Source: Octopus bimaculoides (lineage: Eukaryota). From it: a stretch of 41,503 nt of DNA. The stretch covers positions 9,056,781 through 9,098,283 of the forward strand of contig NC_068989.1 of assembly GCF_001194135.2 (NCBI RefSeq). The letters run 5' to 3'. The position numbers and the translations under genes are program-made. This document shows, piece by piece, positions 13,566-25,857 of this stretch (within the stretch, counting starts at the first letter, position 1; each line of letters starts with the position of its first letter). The notes beneath the pieces are model-generated. The model was not told the DNA's origin. It did no database searches and was given only the letters and a program-made list of their open reading frames with translations.

Positions 13566-14343
13566 CATACATATATACACACATACAAATACATACAAAC
13601 ATTCATATGTACAAACACATGTACGCACATACATAAGTACATACATACATACACACATATACACATACATACAAATGCATCGCCACACAACAATACATAC
13701 GTATATATATATATATTTATACATACATTGGTACATAGATACGTACCTAGTACATACACATAAATGCATAATTACGTATCTACCTACGTACATACATACA
13801 TAAATACATACATACATTAATACATACATACATACATACACACGTACATACATACATACATACATACATACATACATACACACGTACATACATACATACA
13901 CACATACATACATACATAGAAATAGTGATGTCCACAAATATTTATTTTTTACCATCAACTCAATCAATATTGATTCTACACGACAGTAAACGTCAAAATC
14001 AATTGCTTTAATGGAGTCAGCATGGACATTAAAATTAATTTATCAAATGAAAAGCATTTAAACATTTTTATGGGATATTTATAGGATATTTATCAAGTGA
14101 ATTGTATGCAGGCATAGCTTTGTGATGTTTTAAGATGTTTATCATAATATATGATTTCTCTGTTGTGTTTGTATATATAAAAATGCATACGTATGTATGT
14201 ATGTATGTATATGTTTGTAATGTAGTAAGTATGCATGCATGCATGTATGTATGTATGTGTGTGTGTATGTATGTATGTATGTATGCATGCATTTTTGCGT
14301 ACATTTGTGTTTTGTGTACGTGTGAAAGTATGTCCCTACACAA

Positions 14344-14392
<49 letters not shown>

Positions 14393-14520
14393 CATACACA
14401 CACAATCACACATAAACATACACTTGCATATATGTATGTATATCTATCTGGCCATCCACCACCATACGTACATGCATACATACACGCACACTCACACACA
14501 CATATATATATACATATAAA
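13140..14520. repeat. Large (TACA)n/(TA)n/(CA)n microsatellite field
   Basis: Interleaved simple repeats that generate the Y/I/H/T/C/V/M-rich ORFs here. Confidence 0.93.
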
Positions 14521-15637
14521 ACTCGACGAAAGTATATAAAATATAAAAGCCCCAAACCTGAAAAAACCCGCCTTATAACTCCACATGATATTTGTATTCG
14601 AATACAGCCAACGATCCGAGGAAGGAAAAAATCCTCAAATAATACATGAGGATTTTTAACAAATTAGTTTATAAGAATAATAGCAGAAACAACAAAAGTA
14701 TAAAAATCAATATTTAAGCAAACAGTATATTGGCAAAAATGTGAAGAAACGCTCCTTGCTAAACAAAACTGAAATAAAATAACAAACACAAAACCTAGGC
14801 GATCAAATAAACAAGCCCAAAGAACTCTTTAATAAAAGGAACGTTTCAAATAAGTCAGTAGAGACCAACCAGTACAATCGAGAATTATACGTCCATACTA
14901 ATGGATATGAAAGAACACATACACAGAGTAATAGCAGTTCTTGCCTGATGATCGTTGTAGCATGAAACTTGGGTTACCAACATGGAATCCAGTTGTGTTC
15001 GTGTGTGTGTTTGTCTGTGGTGAGTCTGTGTTTATTTGTGTGTGTTTGATGGCGCAGGCTTGCCCGTTTCGCACTTCTTGGAATCTGGGTTAAATATCAT
15101 TTATAATTGATTCAGGTCAGTCCATGCCACGTGAGTGGAACTGTTGAGACGGAAACTGTATACAAGTCCGTCTGAAGGATCCTATTTTCAATTCAAATGT
15201 CCTGAGTGATCATATTGCATCAGACTAATTCGGCATGAATTCGGCACGTGTCTTAGAATTCTCATCCCTTCGCACGCCAGTCCAGTACAAAAGCAAGAAA
15301 TAACGACGAAATAGCCTGTGCAAAAGCGACATGTATGCAGGTAAAACACCTAGATGCGGCAGCCAATGCAGACATTGTGAAGTCAATCCAAATAATGTCT
15401 TTTACATCAAAAAATGTCATCACACCATACAGTGTCAGCATGCCAGCGGTTTCGGTCCCGCAGTGAAGCAGTCATCGAAGCCGAAAGCGTTTTTATAGAA
15501 TAATTTGCTTTAACAATCGTTATCAAGACTAATTGCACAAATGTTTATTCGAATACATATTTATTTATGCTGAAATATAGTTGTTTTATTGTATGCCATA
15601 ACTGTCCTCAAATACTCCTCGCATTTTATTTATATAT

Positions 15638-15946
15638 GACTTAGTGGTTTGTGCATTCAGCTCACAATCGTAGGTCGTGAGTTCAATTCCCGGTGGCGCA
15701 TTGTGTCTTTGAGCTAGACACCTTATTTCATGTTGCTCCAATCCACTCAGCTGGCAAAAATGAGTAGTACCTGTATTTCAAAGAGCCAGCCTTGTCACAC
15801 TCTGTGTCACGCTGAATCTCCACGAGAACTACGTTAAGGGTACACGTGTCTGTGGAGTGCTCAGCCACTTGTACGTTAATTTCACGAGCAAGCTGTTCCG
15901 TTGATCGGATCAGCTGGGACGCTCGTCGTTGTAACTGACGGAGTGC
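15638..15946 (+). mobile_element. tRNA-derived SINE, family C
   Basis: Head with B-box GAGTTCAATTCCC. The 3' ~190 bp (cagccttgtcacac...gttccgttgatcggatc...gacggagtgc) is shared with 18322-18697. Confidence 0.88.
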
Positions 15947-15960
15947 TCCTTTTATATATA

Positions 15961-15990
15961 TACTAGCAGAGGCACCCGGCGTTACTCGGG
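15961..15990 (+). mobile_element. Possible 5' tip of a non-autonomous Helitron-like repeat
   Basis: tactagcagaggcacccggcgttactcggg resembles the ACTAG...CCCGGCGTTGCTCGGG starts of such repeats. From recall only and very short. Confidence 0.3.
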
Positions 15991-15991
15991 A

Positions 15992-16264
15992 GTGGCACAT
16001 AAAAGACACCATTTTAAGCGTGGCCGTTGCCAGTACCGCCTGACTGGCCCTCNNNNNNNNNNNNNNNNNNNNNNNNNNNNNNNNNNNNNNNNNNNNNNNN
16101 NNNNNNNNNNNNNNNNNNNNNNNNNNNNNNNNNNNNNNNNNNNNNNNNNNNNNNNNNNNNNNNNNNNNNNNNNNNNNNNNNNNNNNNNNNNNNNNNNNNN
16201 NNNNNNNNNNNNNNNNNNNNNNNNNNNNNNNNNNNNNNNNNNNGATGATGATGATGATGATGAT
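15992..16264 (+). mobile_element. RTE-tail non-autonomous repeat (family D) spanning a gap
   Basis: gtggcacataaaagacaccattttaagcgtggccgttgccagtaccgcctgactgg matches 37971-38025. A (GAT)n tail follows the 16053-16243 N run. Confidence 0.8.
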
Positions 16265-16381
16265 GGTACTTGGAAACTTTTACGAAAATTAAAATGGGGA
16301 TTAAATGAAAGAGATGATTTACGTGAATATCCTCACAAGAGTAATTGAAATAAATGGCGATTGTGGAACCCCCCACGCACG

Positions 16382-16442
<61 letters not shown>

Positions 16443-16988
16443 ACACATCAGATGAAATGGACGTGTGTGTGTGACAGAGGGAGAGAGAGTGAGAGTGAGA
16501 GAGAGAGAGGTTTGTTGTCATGTATACGTACATGCATAAATATGCATACATCTTTGTGTGTGAGTGTGTGTGTGTGCGTGTGTATGAGAGAGAGAGAGAG
16601 AGTAAATACTACATACACACCGCTCTCACTCTGTCTCACACACACACTCACACGCACACATACATCCAAAAATGATGGATGCATATGACAACACACCCCT
16701 TGACTCACTCACACTCTGTCTGTTACAAACACACACTTACATAAATGTATACAAGCATATTTACAAAGACACACGTGAGTATGCGCGCGCGCAATACCGG
16801 AAGTTGACGTTGCATCACAAGTATGTAAGCCGTTGTTACGTCAATACCGGAAGTTGACATTGAGGAACCTTTTTAAAGAAGTGAATCATAAATATAAAGC
16901 AATATTATTTATTTTTAATTAAAAAAATCAAATGAAGAGCCTAAGATTTATCCGAGGTCAAATTATTCATGCATCACAAGTATGGAAG

Positions 16989-17540
16989 NNNNNNNNNNNN
17001 NNNNNNNNNNNNNNNNNNNNNNNNNNNNNNNNNNNNNNNNNNNNNNNNNNNNNNNNNNNNNNNNNNNNNNNNNNNNNNNNNNNNNNNNNNNNNNNNNNNN
17101 NNNNNNNNNNNNNNNNNNNNNNNNNNNNNNNNNNNNNNNNNNNNNNNNNNNNNNNNNNNNNNNNNNNNNNNNNNNNNNNNNNNNNNNNNNNNNNNNNNNN
17201 NNNNNNNNNNNNNNNNNNNNNNNNNNNNNNNNNNNNNNNNNNNNNNNNNNNNNNNNNNNNNNNNNNNNNNNNNNNNNNNNNNNNNNNNNNNNNNNNNNNN
17301 NNNNNNNNNNNNNNNNNNNNNNNNNNNNNNNNNNNNNNNNNNNNNNNNNNNNNNNNNNNNNNNNNNNNNNNNNNNNNNNNNNNNNNNNNNNNNNNNNNNN
17401 NNNNNNNNNNNNNNNNNNNNNNNNNNNNNNNNNNNNNNNNNNNNNNNNNNNNNNNNNNNNNNNNNNNNNNNNNNNNNNNNNNNNNNNNNNNNNNNNNNNN
17501 NNNNNNNNNNNNNNNNNNNNNNNNNNNNNNNNNNNNNNNN
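16989..17540. other. Assembly gap (N run)
   Basis: 552 N, followed by (GT)n. Confidence 0.99.
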
Positions 17541-17627
<87 letters not shown>

Positions 17628-18321
17628 GATAGAGGAGAGAGGGATAGAGAAAGAGAGGAGATAGAGTATAGATAACTAGATTATGCGAATATATGCATAC
17701 ATGCGCGTATGTATGTACGTATTTCTGTCTGTCAGTCTGTATGTATGTATGTACGTCAGTCTTATTTAGCCGTCGTCCAAACTACATAGGTAAATAATTC
17801 ATCGTAGTAAAACTAAACACGTTCTAACAGAGATTGTGCCGGTTGGGAAATGGACAGTAATTCAAGCATAGAAAATTGAGTTTCAGATTTACAACGTTTA
17901 TGAAAGCGAAGTTTACATAAATGTCTTTGTAAAGTGAATTGAGTAATTTGTATGTCGTGGAAAATGCACTTTATATGATGTTCCTCTATTAATGTTCTTG
18001 CGTAAATGTCAAAGTGGTTAGTGCAGATAATGTCACTGTGGTGAGAGAGGAGGGGAAACTACACATAGAGTTTTTAACGGAAAGCTAGGAGAAAATGATA
18101 TACTGTGAATTAAATATTCATGACGATTTGCCGAAGGATGCGTAGGATTGTAATAGCTACGAAGCTCCAGTGACTGTGATTGCAAAATATGCTGCCTCTG
18201 ATAGAAGGATGTAAGCAATGATTGTAAAGTTACCTTCGACCGACGCCATGTGCATTTAATTTTTCGAAAGATGTGTAGCAAGATTATTTATGCTGACTAC
18301 TCGAAGAACGTGTAAGTTTGT

Positions 18322-18697
18322 TGTTGTTGTTGTTGTTGGCACTCCGTCGCTTACGACGTCGAGGTTTCCAGTTGATCCGATCAACGGAACAGCCTGCTCG
18401 TGAAATCAACGTGCAAGTGGCTGAGCACTCCACAGACACATGTACCTTTAACATAGTTCTCGGGGATATTCAGCGTGACACAGTGTGACAAGGCTGACCC
18501 TTTGAATTACAGGCACAACAGAAGCAGGAAGTAAGAGTGAGAGAAAGTTGTGGTGAAAGAGTACAGCAGGGTTCACCACCATCCCCTGTCGGAGCCTCGT
18601 GGAGCTTTTATGTGTTTTCGCTCAATAAACACTCACAATGCCTGGTCTGGGAATCGAAACCGCGAGCCTATGACCGCGAGTTCGCTGCCCTAACCAC
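18322..18697 (-). mobile_element. Family C-tail SINE with 10-bp TSD
   Basis: Minus-strand tRNA-like head (GTGGTTAGGG...GGTTTCGATTCCC) and (CAA)n tail. TSD gtaagtttgt at 18312-18321 and 18698-18707. Confidence 0.9.
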
Positions 18698-20276
18698 GTA
18701 AGTTTGTAATAAGCTATTGAATCTAGTATGACTATAAATGCAAACTTGTTATTTATGGGCTCGAATACGCCTCGAACATATCCGAACTGTTAACAATGTC
18801 ATCCCGTCTATTATTATGACTATGATAGTAAAGCTGTTACGTCTGACAAAAGCTTGCGGGCAATGGCTGCTAAGTTTACCTTTGACTGAAGTCGTGTGCA
18901 TCTAACTTTTCGAGAGATGTGTAGCTTATAACTACTGAACCTGTAATGGCTGTGGTTATGGATGTGTGAAGCTATTACATCCGACGAAAGGAAGTCTCAC
19001 TGCTGGCTACACCTCGGGCGACACACTCTATTATAACGTGACTGATTTCAAAACTAATCAATACAAGAGAACTAACGGCAAATCTTGCATAGGCCTTTTA
19101 TATTAACAACATAATTAAATTAATTTATGCACGAATATGCTTCATTGTTGACACAGTTCATATCTGAGGTGAATAATCCTGAATTCCGTTTCGGTAGTAT
19201 TAATGAATCCGGCGATTCGATATGGAACATAACACTGTCGGTAAGCAATTTTTCAAAGGCATGTCGAAATTTGTGCTACTAGGCTAAGCAGCAAACAATT
19301 TTCAGTGGAATGTTCGTTCTGAATCATGACACTAGCGCCAAACGATTTTCGAAGAAATACGTTTTTTTGTCACTGCAAATTATTAAGTTGACAATGCATG
19401 CACTTCTACTCAAGTTACTCAGACGAATTTAGCTGTGTCCGAGTTAGTATACACTGCAGAAAAAAATAAAGCTAGAGGCTATTAATCTCTTTATGGATAT
19501 AAGTATTCTTTCTCTGATGAAAGTCTAAGAAAACCAGAAACTACTCCAAGATTACTAGAAACTAGTCAGTTAAAATGCTCTTTTTTCTGCTAATGAATGT
19601 GTGTGTGTGTGTGTGGTATAACTATTTAGTTTACTGTTCACAGGGATGCTTAAAAAGACGTCTGTGCACCGCATTAAATATCCCGCATCCCAATCTCGAT
19701 TATACGATTTAATACTCCTTAGATTCATGTGCGTCTATCTAGTGTATAGTTCCGGTTATACCTTAGACAATTCATATTTCTCATTGATATTTAAAGCAGC
19801 TACTTTGTTCCTTTGTCATTTCTTGTTCGATATACGTACAAATCCATCACGGCGTCAACAAATGCTAGACGTTGCATGACTGACATTAGTTCAACGGCGG
19901 CTAATGAAGTGAATTGTCACCGAAACACCAAGATGTCTCGCATGATCGATTCGATCATGCATGTATATATATGCATATACATACATGACAACATATATTT
20001 CTGTGTGCGTGTGTGTATGTGTGTGAATGTGTGCGTAAGTGTGTGTGTGCGTGTGTGCGTGTGTGTGTGTGCCTGTGTGCATGTGAATGTATATGCATAT
20101 TACATTACTTGGTCTTATATTGCTTGAACATAGCTAACAGTGCGATTGCATTTCTTACAAATTCCAAGTTTTACATACAATTTTGCTCTGATATCATAAA
20201 AGATTTTAAACAATAACCTGAATGTCATTTACTTAAAAGAAAAAATAATAATAATCTTAATAAATAATATATATAT

Positions 20277-20486
20277 NNNNNNNNNNNNNNNNNNNNNNNN
20301 NNNNNNNNNNNNNNNNNNNNNNNNNNNNNNNNNNNNNNNNNNNNNNNNNNNNNNNNNNNNNNNNNNNNNNNNNNNNNNNNNNNNNNNNNNNNNNNNNNNN
20401 NNNNNNNNNNNNNNNNNNNNNNNNNNNNNNNNNNNNNNNNNNNNNNNNNNNNNNNNNNNNNNNNNNNNNNNNNNNNNNNNNNNNNN
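20277..20486. other. Assembly gap (N run)
   Basis: Run of N. Confidence 0.99.
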
Positions 20487-20549
20487 GAACAAAAATAATT
20501 TTAAAAACTGTGAACATCTCAGTATCTTTGTCAGAGATTTTATTTTACC

Positions 20550-20601
<52 letters not shown>

Positions 20602-20970
20602 GTAAAAGAATGAAACGGAACTCTAACAAACATTGTATTTTAATCTGCTGCAGGCTAATTTCGTAAACAACAAACTAGATTTGTCAACATGTTTGTATGT
20701 ATGGTTTTGGTGTGTTTTTTTTTTCTTAGAAGATGGGAGTTGATGTGAGGGTGTTTATTTTCGTTTTTTCTTTTTTTTTTTTTTGACATGTGTATGTGTA
20801 TGTATGCGTAGGTTTTTGTGCATGTATGTCTACATGTATACATACACAAACGCATGTACACACACACACACATACACATATGTATTTACATATATATAGG
20901 TAAATATATTTAAATTTACATAATTATATACATTCGCATGTACATATAATACATAAGACATGGTACAGTG

Positions 20971-21011
<41 letters not shown>

Positions 21012-21095
21012 ATATACGTACATGTATATATATATATATATATATAAGTGTATATATATATATATATATAAGTGTATATATATATATATATATAA

Positions 21096-21173
21096 NNNNN
21101 NNNNNNNNNNNNNNNNNNNNNNNNNNNNNNNNNNNNNNNNNNNNNNNNNNNNNNNNNNNNNNNNNNNNNNNNN
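21096..21173. other. Assembly gap (N run)
   Basis: Run of N inside (TA)n. Confidence 0.99.
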
Positions 21174-21832
21174 ATATATATATACCCACACACTACGTAT
21201 AAGGGAAAGAAGAAATATAATATAATTCCCAAAGAACCATAAACAGCTAGAAGCAATTGTTTGTTGTTTGGAAGAAATCCTCCAGTTACTTAGTTACTTT
21301 TTACTTCTCCCACTTCTCAAGAACAATTATTATTATCATTATTATTTTTCTTTTTTTTCTTTTCCCTCTTTCTGCTTCGCCTTCATTACTGTTACTTTAA
21401 TGTCGTCAGACAGAACCGTGTATATTTGCTGTTAATTCTAATGTTTGGTGTTGTGTTTTTCAACCATTATTAAGTATTTTCTAGAAAATATGTCATCTGC
21501 CTATCTGACAATGAAAGGAAAAAAGAAAGAAAGAAGGAAAGAAAGAATCAAGCAACCAAAGCGAAAGAAAAATTTTTTAACTTGAACTAGATGTTTAGCC
21601 TAAAACAATGTAATTTATTCATGTGTGCGTGTGTGCGCGCGCGCGTGTGTGTGTGTTGAAGAAGAGTGCACATGCAAAGATGCTTACATGTTACATGTAC
21701 AAGTGTATATATTTGTGTATGTGTGTGTATATATATCTATCTATCTATATTTCAAATTTTTGGCACACGGCCAGTAAGTTTCGGGGGTTGGGTTAGCTTA
21801 TTGCATCAACCCCAGTGCCAAGCTGGTACTTA

Positions 21833-22570
21833 TCCCATAAATAATACAGTTTTTCCAATTTCATGAGCTACAAGTCGGACAGGGACACAATAAACTACCT
21901 GCATCAACTTGCTATAAAAGAAGGCAGTAATTTTACCATGTAAAATTCTTAGTGCAAGTTTTGAAGAGTGCAGTTCGATTTTAATAGTTATTTTTTCAAA
22001 GCTATATTAGAAGTGACAAAGGAGCATATTCGGCATATTTTGCTTTATGAGTTCAATAAAGTCAACAACGCAACGGAAAGTGCGAGGAATATTAATGCAG
22101 TATATGGGGGATGGACAATAAGTGTAAGCCAGTGTCAACGGTAGTTCCAGAAATTCCGAGCCAGAAACTACAGCCTAGAAGATGAGTCTCGTCCTGGAAG
22201 ATCTAGAGAGCTCGACGAAAACTACCAGCAACACCTAGTAGGACAAAATCCCATTTTAATTGTTGAGGAACTAGCAGAGAAGCTTGGATTTGATCATTTG
22301 ACCATTCGTCGACACCTGCGTGCTATCGGAAAAGTCAGCAATTTGAGTCAATGGGATCCTCACGAACTTTCCGAGTCTGTATGCTCGGCCACATACAGTG
22401 AGGATGACATTCCAAAGGCTGGAACAGTTTGAATGAGGAACGATGCCTCACTCATCATATTCGCCAGACATTGCCCCATCTGATTATCATTTATTCCGCA
22501 GTCTTCAAAATCATTTGGACGGAAAGAATATGAATTCAGTAGACGACGTCAGAACAGTACTGGAGGAGTA
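21833..22570 (+). mobile_element. Internally deleted, decayed mariner (Tc1/mariner) transposon
   Basis: Manual translation gives EVTKEHIRHILLYEFNKVNNATESARNINAVYG...ISVSQCQR*FQKFRARNYSLEDESRPGRS (HTH region), then QWDPHELSE (WVPHEL motif). It then jumps to (N)ARPH...YSPDIAPSDYHLFRSLQNHLDGK (YSPDLAPSD motif). The 5' boundary is approximate. Confidence 0.93.
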
Positions 22571-22998
22571 TGTGGTCCCAGGTGAGATCCGCAGTAATAG
22601 TGAAGCCTAGTATTTGATGCAACTATTAGGGCTCTAGCTGGGTGCCGTTCCTGTTTAAGAAGGTGTGGTACGATGGTTTTTTTGATATGAAGAGTTCTTG
22701 ATTTTTTGCTGAAGGTTACTTTCCAGGCCCGTCATTCAAGGAATCAGTGCAGTTTTGGCGTGGACGTGTGATGTATAGGATACACGTGGATGAGACATTG
22801 TTGAGAAAGGTTTGGGAAGAATGAAGATTCGTATCATCTGCATAAGAATGGACGTCGTTAGATGTAGCGGCGGAAAGCAAGTTGTTGGTGTACAAACGGA
22901 AAGGCGTAAGCCACAAAGCTGAACCCCAGGAACACAAAAGAGTTGAGAGGAGAAAAGACAATGTTCCGTCAACACATGCTGCGTCTGTGTGATCGGAT
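22571..22998 (-). mobile_element. L2/CR1-type LINE reverse-transcriptase fragment abutting the mariner
   Basis: DGTLS...GSALWLTPFRLYTNNLLSAATSNDVHSYADDTNLHSS contains decayed PQGS and YADD RT motifs; frameshifted. Confidence 0.85.
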
Positions 22999-23054
22999 TG
23001 AAAGCTACCAATTCAAGAGGTAAGAGAAAGACAAAGCTTGTAGGTGGGCTGTTT

Positions 23055-23059
<5 letters not shown>

Positions 23060-23093
<34 letters not shown>

Positions 23094-23305
23094 TCGAGAG
23101 AGATCGAGAGAGAGAAAGAGCTGAGAGAGAGACCGAGAGAGAAAGAGACCGTGAGAGAGAGAGACAGAGACAGAGAGAGTGAGAGACAGACAGACAGAGA
23201 GAGTGAGAGACAGACAGACAGAGACAGAGAGAGGGAGAGACAGACAGACAGAGAGAGGGAGAGACAGACAGACAGAGACAGAGAGAGACAGAGAGAGAGG
23301 GAGAG
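23060..23305 (+). repeat. (AG)n/(AGAC)n compound polypurine repeat
   Basis: Explains the R/E/D/Q-rich ORFs 22989-23423 and 23179-23418. Confidence 0.95.
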
Positions 23306-23879
23306 CGCCTATATATTTCAGAACATCATTGTTTATGGTCGTTTCTACTTTAAAAATGTTAAAAGTGAGTGCAGTGAAACGGTCGTTTGTTGGGGTCAGA
23401 GGGGTCGCCTTTGTTTAGAATGAGATACACAGCAACATATTTCTAAATATCAGGCTGTTTTCCCTTAATGCGAGGAGGAGGAGGAGGAGGAGAGATTAAA
23501 GAATTAGTTGTGTATAGAGGAAAGTTTTGTTGTGCAATGCTTGCATATAATGAAAGGGACATTACACTGCAAGACAGGTTTACGTTCTCAAAAGTTTTCC
23601 GAGCTGTGGTGTAACCGGTGAGATATAAGGGGTTGTTTGCGGAAATATTCAGGTAGTTATGGTATTAAAAGGGTCACTTAAGATTTCCTTCGCGTATGTA
23701 GATCAAGTAATCGATGACTATTCGTTAGGTCGAACATAAGATGGCCACACGCCCGGTTTTAGACCGGAAGATTAGGTTTAAGAGTAATCTGTCCTTCGTC
23801 CGACCACTACCCGAACCAGATGTTCATCAATCTGTCAGTTGTAGATATGCAGAAATTTGTTACCTATATGTATAATAAT

Positions 23880-24090
23880 CCTTTCTACTACAGGCACAAG
23901 GCCTGAAATTGAGGGGAGGGGATTAATCGATTACATCGACCCTAGTGTTTCACTGGTACTTAATTCAAAGATCCCTAAAGGATGAAAGGCAAAGTCGACC
24001 TCGGCGGAATTTGAACTCTGAACGTAGCGACAGACGAAATACCGCTAAGCATTTCGCCCAGCGTGTTAACGATTCTGCCAACTCGCCGCC
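23880..24090 (-). mobile_element. Full-length family A SINE with 20-bp TSD
   Basis: Head ggcggcgagttggcagaatcgtt and B-box. TSD ttacctatatgtataataat (23860-23879) versus ttacctaaatgtataataat (24091-24110). Confidence 0.93.
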
Positions 24091-24979
24091 TTACCTAAAT
24101 GTATAATAATATTAAAATAATTTAGTTTCGTAACAATTCTCATCTGAGTAAAATTTTAGTCTTTCAAAGTTTTGTCACGTGTTTCATTTGAATCAATCTC
24201 AGGGTAATAATCCGACTGTCATTTTTTACTATAGAATGCCAGAATTAATCCCCTCGCGTCCTCTTAGTTAGCTCTGAGCTCTTGGTTTGACTCAGGAGAA
24301 CACAAGTTGGTTCTTTTAAAAATCATTCCTTTCTTTGTCTTTCGCATCGACATGACATACGAACCCTGGTACTCTCCTTCCACAGACATCGAGAAAGCAA
24401 CACAGAATAGAATCGGTTGTCTCAAATCATGAGATACATTAAGCTAATCATTTATCTGCTGCTGAAAACACGTACTCTATCTGCCTTTTCCTTTTTGCAT
24501 CAGGTCAATTGTATTAATACTTTCTACAACACAAATTAATCAATTAACTATATAAAACACGAACATATGTGCACATTCTCCATAATGCATTTATGTAAAA
24601 TTTTCTATATTCTATGCTTGAATTACTGTCCAAACCATGTGCTATTCATTATTGAATTATGTTCATCCTGTAAGTTCAACTTCTGTAACATGGAAACGAA
24701 TAGAAAACTCATATATATTTTATCATCGTTATTATATCTGAGCATTCTCTAATTTGCTAGTTTTATATATAAAGTAGTTAAAACGTTAGTAGCATATTAA
24801 CGAATGTTTCTGGCACTTGCCACTTTCTTACAGTGTACGAGTTAGGATATAGTGTCGACACATGCAAGAGTAAAATCTGTCAAAGCAATAATGTAGAGTG
24901 GTTGACATTCTTTGTTCTTGTTTCAAGCCTTTAAAGAGATATCGAAAAGAAAGATTACAGTCATCTAACTGTGCCATCT

Positions 24980-25215
24980 GTCACAGCCGCCTTCCTAGAT
25001 CGTTTGGCTCGTAAAAATGCGCGACGAACGGTTTTTATAGGAGACCAGAAGTCAGATTCTAGAATTTCCACGCCATTGCTTCACGCTGATTGGTCGGTTG
25101 ATAGACCGATCACGTGAAACTATGCTGGTTTGCTCGTGATATCTGACCAGGTATCCACAGATTCGGTTTCTAATCTCTGCTACACCCTATACAGTTTTGA
25201 TTTGTGTTTGTGAGT
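24980..25215. promoter_or_regulatory. Candidate core promoter (CCAAT box + palindromic E-box, CpG-rich)
   Basis: ctgattggtc (reverse CCAAT) at ~25087, TCACGTGA at ~25111, a dense CpG cluster, and a + strand donor-like ttt|gtgagt at ~25211. Confidence 0.45.
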
Positions 25216-25822
25216 GAAGTGTATTACAGCGGCTTCTTGTTCTACATATATGATAAACTAGCGGGAGAGGATTATATTCATAGCTCAATATAAGTGTCAG
25301 AAACTTGAAATTTGCAAAATTCACATTTGCAATCAATCATTAACAGTTTATTCGCCTGTTTTCATATTTGTTGTTTAATTTTGAGAAGTAGGGTTTTAGT
25401 TTTATCATTTTACTGGTATATTGTTAGTATTTCTTTATTGTTTCGTATGAAGCATTTCGTGTTCTATTGTATGAGGTTTTTCGAGGTAATATGCTTTTGG
25501 TTCATATACACTTTATGTGTGATTTATGTATTTTTAAGTATGCTGTTTGATGCATTTATTGCACCCCTGTGAGTGCTTTTATCGCTGTAATTAGTTCATT
25601 CAGATTAACTTTTAAGTGGATGACATCCTTGTAAATTTGCCTTTGCTGTTGAGTACATTGTCAATTTTTCCAGTATTTTCGTTATCATCCATAATTATCA
25701 ATATTGCGATGATGATGTTTTGTTTTAATTATGCAAACTACATCATGAGTATTCGTTTATTCTTGTTCTCATCATCATCATCATTACAATAATAATAATA
25801 ATAATAATAATAGTAATAATAA

Positions 25823-25857
<35 letters not shown>

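Noticed and set aside
14690-14990. Possible Penelope-like remnant (SLLNKTEI; ctgatga...gaaac hammerhead-like core at ~14945-14970)
   Set aside because: Stem II does not pair and the protein match is only a few residues; too weak to call.
2770-21256. Dozens of ORFs rich in YI, HT, CV, MY or X
   Set aside because: They are translations of (TA)n, (CA)n, (TACA)n tracts or N gaps, not genes.
22989-23423. 144-aa R/E/D/Q-rich ORF
   Set aside because: Made of (AG)n/(AGAC)n repeat.
23735-23815. YY1-like AAGATGGCC plus ACCGGAAG suggesting a promoter and a 44-aa ORF
   Set aside because: The minus strand reads equally well as a decayed tRNA-like SINE head (ccggtctaaaaccgg T-arm), there is no good donor, and the YY1 motif is imperfect.
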